Source: Amoebophrya sp. A120 | Lineage: Eukaryota > Protista > Dinoflagellata | Direction of reading: 5' to 3' | Assembly (NCBI GenBank): GCA_905178155.1 | Contig: CAJINV010000010.1 | Coordinates: forward strand, 1,633,182 to 1,697,181 | Length of the DNA: 64,000 nt | Shown here: one piece after another, positions 11,557-23,464 of the stretch | Numbering within the stretch: the stretch's first letter is position 1 | Layout: every line of letters begins with the position of its first letter | Notes under the pieces: model-generated | What the model saw: the letters and a program-made list of their open reading frames with translations, nothing else | Databases searched by the model: none | Told to the model about the DNA's origin: nothing | Made by a program: the position numbers and the translations under genes

Positions 11557-14543
11557 TAAAAATGCCTGTGGTTTTGAGAAGTAGAGCACCAAAAATGTTG
11601 AAAAAGTGAAAGTACTAGAACTTCTTCAATTTCGAAGGTAGTAGATTTTGGATTTTGGGAACAATAACGCAAGAAATAAGTGCAACTCTGATTGAAGACG
11701 CCACTTCGGTTTGCAACCTTCTTCGAGCTTTTTCTCTACCACTAGCTAGTACTCTCGATCTGCTCTCCGCCTTCGTTTCTGGATTTTGGTACCTTGTGAG
11801 TAGACTCTTGATGCTTTATTCCAGTGAGTATGATGAACAAATGATTCGCACAAACAATTTTCCGCTCGTAGTTCTCGTCGCCTCTTGATGTAGTCGCTAG
11901 ATTTAGTTCTGATGTTGAAGGTATATTTGCGATTCATCCAAATTTACTTCAACGGTACTTATCATGAAAACACTTCTGCAATGACCTCTAGCTCTATACG
12001 CAGCGGCAGCTACCATCTTTCTGATAATTCTGTGTTGTGATTAAAAGCGCAATGAAATGAATTATCGCAAACGAATTTAAACATGTGGTTTTAGGTTTTG
12101 CGCGGAGGTACATAGTTTGTGCAAGAGCGCCAGTGAGCTAGAGCTACAGGAAAATCCGTTGACATCGTTGTTGAGCTAAGATTTTTATTTGGAGTTGAAC
12201 ATCAAGAAGGAGGAGTTTATTTTATCGTAGACACGATCCATGTCATGATCTGCAGCACCAGCTACAATCGCTTCTACATGAACCAACTACATTGCAAAAA
12301 CTGTGCAGCACTTGACTTGCATTGCTTCATAAAAAAGGACTAGAATTCCCACTTCAACCGTAACTATTTTTGACTCAAAAAGTTGTACATGTACACGACG
12401 CAAAAGAAAAACCAACCTTGCCATCATCTTCATCTTTTTTTGAAAAAGATTCCGACCATTTTCAGAAGAGAACAATGCATAGCTTCTACTCACTGTTTTG
12501 ATCGACTTTGGGTTGCAAGAAACAACTTCCCAACTACAACCTGCTCGGGAAATAGCATAGAGCAAAGACTATGAGCATTGGCACATCATGTCGATTTTTA
12601 GTTTGCAACAGGAAGCGTAGTTGTAGCGTAGACTGTCGTGTGTGGCTTTCTTCCAGCGTTTCGAGAGCCTGATAAATTCAGGTCTTTCAAGAAACGCAGG
12701 AAAAAAGAGCGCATGCAAAATTATTCGTCAAAATGCACCACGATCATCTTCCGCTTTGAATTTTCCGCACAAAATTTTCTTGGAAGAGGATCCTGATCAG
12801 CTTTTTTAAGTAACTCTCTTTGCAACACCGACACACTTATTTCAAACCCGGGGTAACGACTACTTAACAATTTTTTCAGCTGTCTTTACGATGGATTGCC
12901 GAGCTCGTTTGATATGAAATTCTCAAGTGTTGAAAGTGACTTTTTTCCCAATTTGTCCGATTTGTTGATAGTAAATGCACCTGCTACCTTATTATGTTGA
13001 AAATAAATCAGATGTGGAGAGCTTTGTCGGTATGAATTTTCCCAGGGCTGATGTTGTTTGCACAGAACTCTGAACCTCCCACACAAAAACTACATCCAAA
13101 CTGTTTGTATCCCAGTACCCTTTTCCCATTTCACCTTCTATTTTTTACCCTTTCCATTTATCCCCGAGGAGTGATCAGATCCTGATACGACGAACCAAAT
13201 TTTCAGTAAACAATTGCGCAAGGTTAACGTAAACTTTTCCTGTAACAGAAAATTGTGAAAAAAGCAAAACTGAGTGGTGCAGGTGCTGTGGGCCGGTGGC
13301 TTTGAGGCTTGAATGGCCGGCATGGAATGCGACTGGTCATTTGCGAACTGGTGTTCAGGCTACAAGATCTACTATACTATTGGAAATCTGTTTCTTTAGA
13401 TTCGTTGCCCACACGCTCCTGTTTGGCGTTTGCTCCCATGTCGAGGCTCAGAGGCCCTTCGTATCAAGATCAACTGAGCGCTGCATTGGCTACACCTGCA
13501 AAAAAGATTTTACTTTCTATGTATATAAAAGCATAGGCAACTGTTGTAGAAATTGATATTTGGCTTTTTTTTCGGCTGCGATCTATTTTGATTTAACTAC
13601 AAGCTCCATTCACGCCAATAGCAAAAGAGGCGCCGTGGTCTGACAATTTGCGAATATGACGCCAACCAATAGCAACGACTCACATATGATACAAGATCTG
13701 ACTCTGACACCACTTCTAACACTATTGGTAAAGCCGAAGCCAAAAGCGATCTATTGCCATACTTTCATATACAACGCGAAGGCCATACGACCATGCTCCA
13801 TATTGAATTTCCGTAACCGTTGTATGCATTTGCATTTGAAGATCTTTTGAAGCATTGGTATTTCACCTCCCGATGGCTGCATAGAACATGACTACAACTT
13901 TTCGCACCTCTGTGATGTTTCTCCAAGAACGATCAAGAAGGCAAGGATCAAGATCTGTCCACCAACGCATGCCCATGCGAAGCGCGACCATTTTTTGTTT
14001 TGAAGGCACTCGATAATATTGACACATGACCGATATTGCTTTACCCACTCAACAACAGTAGAGCATCTTCTGAATCCTTTTCACTTCGAAAATCTTCGGA
14101 TTTCTTGAAGCCTAAAAACTCATACACGTCGGTCTGACGCATTCAACATCATCTTCGGTCTAAGTAGCACTTTTAGCATCACGAGTTTCATCACGTAGTA
14201 GCAATTAGTACGACAACATTGGAACGGCAATAAAATATATTCCAGTAGACGACCACCTTTTTCCTCCTCGCGTCATTTTACGCTCAATCTTACCCGCATA
14301 AAAAAATACACTATTCCACTTTTTGAAAAACTACCTTCTACTCTGCTGCTGAGATTCGTATCTCGCATCTTCTACCCACACAAAAAATCTGAATTTTAGC
14401 CAACTACTGTTCCATTACCGCCGAACTTTGTTCCCTCCATTTCGAGAGCAAAGTTTTCCTGAATAAGCCAGCCCGAAACAAAAGCCAAATCGTTGTATTC
14501 AATGTTACTGACCGCCCAGACAGCCAACACCCAAGACTTGAAA

Positions 14544-17500
14544 ATGACCTCTCCCGCTCAGAATGGCGCCCCGGCCGCTCCGGGTGCTGTGCCCCAGGCC
14601 GCGCCCGCCCCGACGGCGGAGGGTGGCGTCGCGAACGTGTGGAACGTCATCTCCGGTGATACCTTCGAGGTGTGCATGGGCGTGAACAAGGGGCACGTGG
14701 ACTTGAAGCGCATCACCATCGCGGGGATTCTGGCGCCGCGTCTTGGGATCAAGTCGCAGCAAGTGGACACGAAGGATGAGCCCCTGGCCTGGGAATCCAA
14801 GGAGTTTTTGCGGAAAATGCTGTTGGCGAAGAAGGTGCAGTTTCGGGTTTTGTACAAGTCCGCGAGCGGTGTATGCAATACAACTTTCCAGTACATGCAC
14901 AAAGTGCATCACAAATTTCACCAATTTGGACGGTAACACTTGTCATGCTAAGCTAGGATCGGAGCCAAGTTTTGTCATGCAGAGACTGTGTGTGCACGTG
15001 TACGGGAAATTTACTGTGGATACGGGGACCGAGATTACTACGAGGTCCGGATTGCGGGCGAGAAGACGCACGTGGGGTTGAAATCACTGTCCGCAGGAAT
15101 GAGCAAGATCGCCCCGGGGAACCAGGTAGAGATTTGTACTTTATTTCTTGCTGATGCATGTATGACAATTTTTGGTAGTAGCAGTTTACTCTCATGTGTA
15201 TTTTTTCTTGACCTGTACCTAACGCAAAGATTTACAACTGATGCAAAAGTTCATTATATCATCGCGAAAATAAACAGCACAAATTAACTTACGCTTACAA
15301 GTAGACGTCGCTTCTGTTACCCCTTAATTGCTGGGTAATACTACTACTACTACTACTCCAAATTCAGGTGAAATCCCTCAACCTCTACGCGGACTTGGAA
15401 GTCGCGGAGAACGAGGCCAAGTCACAGGCTCTCGGCGTCCACGCCGCGATGGCCCCCGTCCGCGAGCTCGCCGCCGCGAACGACGATCCGGACACGTTTT
15501 TGGCGCAGAACAAGGAGAAGCTCCGCCCCTGTGTGGTTGAATTCATCAAGGACGCCGGGGGCTACCGGGTGGTGTGCCTTCCCACGGTGGAGGACCCACG
15601 GTATGTGACGGTGCAGGTCTTGCTCTCCGGAGTGCAGAACCCAAGCTTCCGAAGGTATGTTTTTATATGGTGTTCTTATAGTTTGTCATGCGTTCTAGGC
15701 AGCTGGAGGCTCTCATCTAAATCTGTCAACATGCACAAATTTCATAAAACTCCATAATCACATATTTTGTTCAACATCGTCATCCAAACATAAAAACAGG
15801 GAAGCCGGGGGTGTTGAGGTGGAGTCACAACCCGGAAACGGTGCCTTCTTCGCCCGCGCGTTTGCCATGGAGCGGTTGCTCGGCAGGGAAATCAACCTGC
15901 GAGTAGAATCCATTCAGAGACAAGGGGCGCCGGGGAGTCAGAACGTATTTGCATCTTAGCATTCTTGCACGACAAGTGGTGATTAACTCTATAATACAGT
16001 TCTGTTCCACATGACGTTGACGTCAAGTTCGTAGAGGTGGTCATGCATTTTGTGAGCATCGATCGAGATTGTTTATTGTACTCAGCGGTCTACTAAATTT
16101 GTGTTGCGTAATACCGTTCCATAGAATTGCGCTACTTCCTCTATTTCAGGTATTCTTCCTCGGGTCCCTCGTCCACCCGGCAAAGGGCTCGATCGCCGAA
16201 TTCTTCCTGGACGCCGGTTTCGGTCTATACGTCGACTGGTCCGCCCAGCGCTGCTTTTCCGGCCCGGAACAGCTCCAAAACGCCCAAAAACGGGCCCAGG
16301 ACTCGCGGAAGGGAAGGTGGAAGAACTGGGACGGCAGCTCCGATTCCTTGGATTCCTTCGAGTTCAACGGAAAAGTCACGGAGATCTGCTCCGGGGATGT
16401 CTTGCGCATTGTCAACACGGAAGCGCCGGATCGCAACGAACGAAGGTAACAACAAGTACCTACTGTATATCATTCTAGCCTGATCTACTTCATCTTGAAA
16501 AAGTACTAGGGACTAGCTCTCCCTCCCAGGATCTTATGACCACACTACGTTTTGGTTTTGCCCTCGGCACCTAGCGTCTTACACCAACATGATCTGCGTC
16601 GTGCCCCTATGTAAAAATGTTGCATTCGAAAAGCGCATTTCTTTGTAGAGGCGGAGCGTCGAAGCGTAGTTCAAGTTTTGAGCGTTTAAATCTCTGTGAT
16701 TAGACAACACAACATCACATGTCCTCTACTTTTTCTATTTGAGAACAACAACTGGCTGTCTATCAGGTACTACCTCGCCTCCGTCCGCGGCCCGCAGATC
16801 ACTCGTGGTGGCAACAACCAAGACGGCTGGGGCCCGGCTGTTGTGGAGTACATGAGGAAAAAGTGCATTGGAAAGCAGTTCAAGGTCCGGTTGGAGTACA
16901 AAAAAAACATCTCTGTCTTCGGAGAAGGGAATGCCCACCCGCCTGCGAGTAACGAAAAAACGGGTGATATGTACTTCGTGACCCTTACCGACGCAAACAA
17001 GAAAAACATCGCGGTCGAAGCGGTCGAATCCGGTATGCTCAAGGTCTTGGCCAACTCTGGTGGGGCGGAGAGCATGAACGAGCGATCGCGCGACTTCGAT
17101 GCTTTGATGGAAGCAGAGCAGGCAGCGATCTTGGCCTCGAAGGGGATGCACGCTGGGGAAGAAAAGGCGCCGAAGCAGCCGGTACTTCTAGGGGGATTTT
17201 TTTTTGTTTTTTGTTGAGCGAGAAGTTGACGAGAACTGTCCATTGGTTCCGTTTATCAGTCTCATTCATCAACATCAAGAGTGATTTTTACGTCGTTGTC
17301 ATACAACCACCATACAATTCATCAACATCTTCTCCAGGTCTACACCGAGCTGATCCTCCAGCCGCCAAATGCCCCGAAGTCCCGTATGAGACTGCACAAC
17401 TCCCCCTCCTTCTCATTTGTCATGCAGGCGCTCTCTGCATGACAGAATTCGGAAGCGCGCCAAACAGTACTACACTAGAACTAGAACTGCATGATGAACT

Positions 17501-19202
17501 TGTCATGCGTAGGCTCCACGTGTACTGGTTTCTGTTTTGCTGTTCATGCCATACAAATGAGGGGGAGTAGTTGTGCACTCTCATATCCCGCGGCCCCACC
17601 ACCAAAAAGGAGCTCACCGAGCGCGCCAAGGCGTTTGAGTCCCAGCTGTGTGCCAACAGGAACGGGCACGACGCCACGGTTACGTATCTGATGAACGGTT
17701 CCAGGATGCGGATTAAACTCATCCACGAGAAGATTCTCATGAACTTCCAGATGAACGGCGTCCGCGCCCCCAACGCGGAGAGGCAAATGCCGGCTACCTC
17801 CGCGATGGCCGCCAACATCCCGAAAGCCGAGCCGTTCGGGACGGAGTCGCTGCAGTTTGCCAGGGAACTGGTCATGCAACAGGACGTGAAGGTGGTCTTG
17901 GACCGCGTCGACCCGGCGGGGACCTTTCAGGGCACGCTGTATTTGAAGAAGGGCGGCAGCCAAAAGGGACCGGACATGGCTACGATGCTGTTGGAGAAGG
18001 GGTTGGCGTACTGCGATCAGTGGTGCAACAACCAGAGCTACTTCACGATCGAAAGCAGGGCAAAGACGGCGAAGTATTGTTGTTGATACAATTTTTGATA
18101 AATACGCTCCTGATTGTTCATCGCTGCCACATGATGATCTTATGTTGACTCTGATCTTATGTTTGTCATGCAAATAACCCAATATCAGGCTTAACTACTG
18201 GTCCGTCGAGCATGAGGACCTCTCTGCCGTCCAGGAGCAGACCCAGAACCTCGCGGGCCAGCCGGTGAAGGGTGAAATTTCCCAGATCAACAGCTTGGAT
18301 TCCTTCTACCTCATTCCCGCGGGCGGCGCGCAGCTGAAGATTCAGAACGAACTGAACCAGCAGATCTCCAAGTTTGAAGAAGTCTCCCACCCGCAGAAGC
18401 GCTCTCTCTACGCCGTGCAATACTGGGAAGACAAGAAGTGGTACCGGGGAAGGCTCGAGGGGAAGGGAACCGAGGGTCAGTTTTCCTTCTTCTTCCCGGA
18501 CTTTGGCTACACGGCGGATGTGGACAGTGTGAGAAAAATCCCCGCGGGCAGCAGTTTGTTGACCACCCCTGGGGTTGCGATGCACTGCGCCTTGTACGGC
18601 GTCAGAACGAACGACGAGTACTGGGAACAGGCCTGCGAAACCTTCTTCAAGTGCACGGAAAAGAAGACCGTGAACGGTAATATAGCTTTAGCAAATGAAC
18701 TGCGCTTGCTTTGCAGACGTTGACGTATGAATATTAGCATGAGAAAATTCTCTTTCACTTTCAGTTTCACCACTCCTGTATCCGCATGACAAAATCTCAA
18801 AATGTAAACTATCCAGGCTCTATCGAGAAGTCCGCTGGCGGGCAGTCGTACTGCGTTCTCTTCGCTTCCGGAATCTGCGTCAACGAAGCCCTTGTGAAGG
18901 ACGCCGTGGCCCGATTGACCAAGAAGGAGAGCAAGCCGCTTTCTGTCGACTACAACCAGTGGAAAAAGGCGGAGACGGAGGCCAAGCGCGGCCGCGCCAA
19001 GATGTTATGAACTGCAAAAGTATCGTACTCGTATTGTAATCATGCATTACAAATCCTGTTCTTTAGGCAAATTAGCATCTGAAATTTTATTTCTCATGCT
19101 GAGGAAATCGAAATTTGCAATGCATCTATACGAGTACGATACTTTTGCAATTCATAGATGTGGCGCTACGGAGATGTCGGCTCGGATGACGAGGACTACT
19201 AG
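14544..19202 (+). CDS. SND1: Tudor staphylococcal nuclease (Tudor-SN/p100), 938 aa
   Basis: SN-domain motifs VISGDT, IAGILAPR, DEPLAWESKEFLRK, ICSGD, YYLASVRGP, AEPFGTESLQFARE; Tudor KWYRG..FFPDFG; C-term MWRYGDVGSDDEDY*; 3 introners + 7 GT-AG introns (15126-15367, 15655-15799, 15945-16149, 16446-16766, 17182-17337, 18074-18188, 18677-18816); spliced 2817 nt. Confidence 0.92.
14872..15022. mobile_element. Introner family D
   Basis: Similar to 10074-10234; TSD cggtg/cgggg. Confidence 0.88.
17385..17585. mobile_element. Introner family C
   Basis: TIR TATGAGA.TGCACAACT; TSD tcccg/tcccg. Confidence 0.9.
19006..19156. mobile_element. Introner family A
   Basis: TIR TATGAA.TGCAAAAGTATCGTACTCGTA; TSD gatgt/gatgt. 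Confidence 0.9.
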
Positions 19203-19638
19203 ACGAATGCGAAGCGCTACTTCTTGTTCACACCGCGATGTTTTTTTCAAAATCGTCGTGTTGACAGGTGATAAATAGCCAGTCGTCAGACTCATACTGT
19301 GCAACTACCAGTACAACTAGTACGAAACCGAAAGATGATGCTAGATGAAATGCGTATAATGTAAGGACCACTCCAAAACACGAATACAACACTCTCGTGT
19401 ATGCAAAAACAGTTTTTCAAAGGGATTCAGAAGATTGATTTTTCACATGTCAAGACTGTATCAAAGGTGCAGGTGGCTTTATTGCAGTTGGATTTCGTAG
19501 GCTGCTGAAGTTACCGTGTGCGATCTTGATGAAAAATGACAAACGCTCTGCTTTTGGCGCGGATCATAGATGTTTTTTTTCTTGCTCAAGAATAGAATAG
19601 AAGTACTTTGAACAACACACTTCCTCGTGGATAATGTG

Positions 19639-22599
19639 TTGGCGAGGTATTCACCGATAGGTTATTTGAGGTTTATTTCCGACAGACTGCAATTTTTTTT
19701 GGCGAAAAAAAAAAAATCGCTGGGCTGAAGAGCCCTGATTGCCTTCGCGCTGGCAATCGGAGTTGTGGCGTTTAGGAGCCTGCGTCGCCTGAGCTTTTAA
19801 GCCACTAGCTGTTGACGGACATTGGCCCCCATCGCATTGCTTAATGTTTTTCCGGGTTGGCCTGTTGTGCTAGACCGGGTCGGGCGGGTCAGGACCTGCG
19901 TGGCTTGACGCGCAAGATCGCACGCAGCGCGCAGCGCTTCCAGGCGTCTTCGTGGCCCCCGTCCTGTGACAGTGGGGCCGCATTGAATTCGGCCTGGCGC
20001 ACCAGCCACACCGGCGCCCGACGGTCCCGGCCAAGAAGACGCCGCGGCGCGGTGAAGCGCTCTGCGAAAACTTTTTTGCTATGGGCCGGCGGCACAGCTG
20101 ATGGGTTCGCCTGCTTGCGCGGCCTCCCCCCTGGCTTCGCGATGGCTTTGGTGGTTGGCCGGCATCGGGCCTCTCCCAAGCAAAGGCTGGGGTCTCGCAT
20201 TGGCAGCGGTGCTTGAGGAGCAGCACACCACCCGGGGTCCTGAAAAGAAGAGCAGGCTTGGGCGGCCGGAAGTCTTTGCGGGTCACCGCCATGCCCCGGC
20301 GCCCGGGCCCGGCAGGGGCGTTCTTTTTCCGGGCCCCCCGCGCGGAAGGGGGGGTAACAGCTGCCTAAGAAAAATGCCCGGCCGGCCCCTGGATACAAGC
20401 GCGCCGGCCAAAGAAGGTGGCGAGCAGGGAAACGCAATGAAAACCGCCAAGCCCCAGCCTCCCGCGGCGGCTGCTTTTGCCCCCGTGAAAGCCCCCCGAA
20501 GCCTGCCCCCCCTATTCTTAAAGCTTTGCCCGGCGCCTGCCGCGGCCCGGCCGCGCAAAATGCTGGCGCGCCACAACCGCCCCGGCGCGCCTTCCTGCTC
20601 TCAGGAGGCGCCATCGGCTGCCGGGCAAAAAGAAAAGGCCGCCGGCGGGGGGGCCAGCAGGATGCGCGACTAGCTCGGCCCCGCCCGCGCAGGTGCTTAG
20701 GCTGGGGCTTGGGGCCCGGGAAAGGTGTCGCGCGGCAGCGGGGGCAGCTCTATGGGCAAAAAGAGACCGCCCCCGCGCCCCGCGAATGGGGCGCAGCCCC
20801 GGGGACAAGAAAGGAAGCGACGCAACCCTTTGCATTTTCCCCAGCTATCGCGGCTTGGCGCCGTTGTTGCCAAGCCGCCCGTGGGCCGAGGGCCAGCGGC
20901 CTGCGCCCAGGGGCGGTCCTCCTCGGGCAGGACTGCTCACGGGCGGCGACCGCTTGTTCGCATGCCCCCGGGCCTGCCGCGCCCCCCGGGCGACCCCGTC
21001 CGGGGGGGTAGTTGGAGGTAAATTTCTTACCGGGCGAAATTTGCGAAATATTTAGGTTCGTCTGCCCCTGATATTTACAAAATATTTAGCTCGAAACGCG
21101 ACCACAGTGTTTTCCCATTGAAATCATTAAGGAGCCGAATCCGGCCGCGTTTCGAGCTAAATATTTTGTAAATATCAGAAGCGTTCCGAGCTAAATTTTC
21201 GCAGTGTTCCGGCAGCCGGGCCGCGGACCGGATTGGCGCTCCGCGAGGGCTTCCGGGGCCCCGGTGGTGCCTCTCCGACGCAGGCAGCAGGGCGACGGGC
21301 CCCAAGCCCCCGCCCGGGGAATGCAGGGTGGGCCCGGGGAAGAACTCGTGGGCAACGTGAAAAAGGCCGCAGAGGCTCCGCCGGCAAGGCCGGCGTCAGC
21401 GATGTCCGCGTGGGGGCTCTTCCGTTGCCCGGCCGGTCGCCCAGAGGATGTGGGTGGGCGGCCCCTTGGTTTCGGGGAAGGCCCCTGCAGTGGGAGAGGG
21501 TTATCGCAAGCTACGTGGCGCGCGTGTCCGCGCAACACCCGGGGCCCCCCGTCGCAGACCTTAGCCCGCCGGATGGCGCCGCCGCCTTCCGAGCCACTAT
21601 CGCGCCCTTGTGCCCGGGCCCGGCCGCAGCGCCTTTTTGGGATTTGCCCTCTGCCCGGCGGCACGCGAGGAAACCACGCAAAAGGCCCAAACCCCCGGCA
21701 GGCCGCGGCCGGAAAAAAGACCGGGCCGCGGGGCGGGCTTACCTGGAGACGCGCCGGCAGCCGGCCGCGTTGTTTTTCCGCCGCCCGGGCGCGTGTGCAT
21801 GTTTCTGAAGTTCCCGAGCACCGGCCTGGCTTTTTGCAGAAATCCCCCCGCTTGTATTGCGCAAATCGGCCGAACAAAGCCGGCGCGCAGCGGGTGGCCC
21901 GGCGCTTCCTTTACCATGCCGCGGCCCCGACGCTCCGTTGGGGCATCCTGGCAAGCAGCCTCGAAGGACACGGAGCAGGGGCACGCGCAGCCGGGCAGCG
22001 GCCACACGGGGGGGCCGCGGCGTAAAGGGAGGTGGCAGGGGCCAAACGAAAACAGGCAGGTCGCGAAGGAGGGTGGGAGGCCATGCGGCAATTGCCTGCT
22101 AGTGTGGGGCCCGCAAAAACGCAGCGGGGCGAAACCACACGCACGGGCCGCGACGCGGTCTCGCCGCTGATGGCCGTTCCCCAGTCTTGGGTCGCTTCGA
22201 AAAAGTAGGCGCGCCAGGAGGCGCCCCGGCCTTTCCTTGAGATAGGCCGCCTGGCGGTTTCGGCAATGGGCCTTGCGGCAGTGCACGAAGCCCGTGCTGC
22301 TGCGGTAAAAATGGCTTTTGGGGGTGCGGAGGAGTTCCGGGTGGTGTGCCTTGCAGTGTGGCGTGTCGCTCGGGAAAATCATCCGTGCGATTAGCCCGCA
22401 GCGTCATCTCCTTGCCGCCCTCATGGGGGTGAGTGTGTGTCGTGCCCCGTGCCGTGCAGCTGACAGCCATAAAGGAGAGGCCATGCTCAGGGGCCCCCAT
22501 ATCAACTCACGACTGGCCGCGGCTTGGCAAAAATGAACTTTGCATCCGAAAAATGTCGGAAATTTCGCCTGCAATACCCATCGGGCGATTCCTCTCCAA
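19639..22599. mobile_element. ~3-kb GC-rich non-autonomous element with imperfect TIRs and a central perfect inverted repeat
   Basis: 19639-19684 vs reverse complement of 22554-22599 roughly 70% identical (shared atttccgaca); no TSD or transposase found. Confidence 0.55.
21068..21178. repeat. Perfect 33-bp inverted repeat with 45-bp spacer
   Basis: CTGATATTTACAAAATATTTAGCTCGAAACGCG at 21068-21100 and its exact reverse complement at 21146-21178. Confidence 0.95.
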
Positions 22600-23464
22600 A
22601 ATGTGCCTCTACTATGTTGATGGAGACTTTTTCTTCTGGGTCTTCAAATCAACATGACTTGAAATCCTAGAGAAGTTGGAGTTGTTGAGCTATTGCTTTA
22701 CTACTACGATTCAACAACTTGTTGTTATTTCTCTTTTTTAACAACCACACGCACAAGCGTGCTGGCTATCAATGTAATCCAACTACGAACACGCGTCCAT
22801 GTCCTGACGACATGGACCAAACTCATCTTATTTTAACTCATCGAATGCGATTGCGAAGATTTTAGACAACTGGTTTTTCCCACAATAAGATCAATCTAAA
22901 CGCGAACGACACCATGGTAGTTTTTGTTCGATTTGCTTTTACGAAGTCAGAAAATAAACGCGACTCTATGTTGTACCGACATTTTGCTGCATGTCCATGT
23001 GCATGATGTGTACTTACCTAAGGAAATGAACCACTACCGGAGTACGAATCAAAATCATCAAACGAAAACCCGTGTTTCGCTACGAAAAACTTTACTACTA
23101 CCAAGTAAAGCTAAGAATCCAGGGTCGGAAATTACGTACTTAGATTTTTTTTCGCACACGACAAGGAACACATCACGGCAACATGATCATTGCTTTTCAC
23201 GACGTATTTTCGACTACACGCATGATTCACGCATGGAGATAAGTTTTAGCGCCAAAAACCTTTCTTGCACGACAAATTTTTGTCGTGCGGTGTTGTGCTA
23301 CCTTGCTTTCATCTGTAGAATCGAGGCAAATGGAAATGCGAAGAAAAGAAACAATTTAATGCAGAAGTAAAAAAGGCAGCGCCATTTGCCTTTCCGCAAT
23401 CTGGGGCTTCTGAGGAAGCCAGCCGTGTTCGAGTAAGTACAACTTGCAGGTGAAGTAGAGGGTT

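Noticed and set aside
19797-22536. Many long overlapping ORFs in GC-rich islands (also 3.5-5.9, 47-49, 53-55 kb)
   Set aside because: Arg/Ala/Pro/Gly-rich in all six frames, as expected from stop-codon scarcity; no recognisable domains
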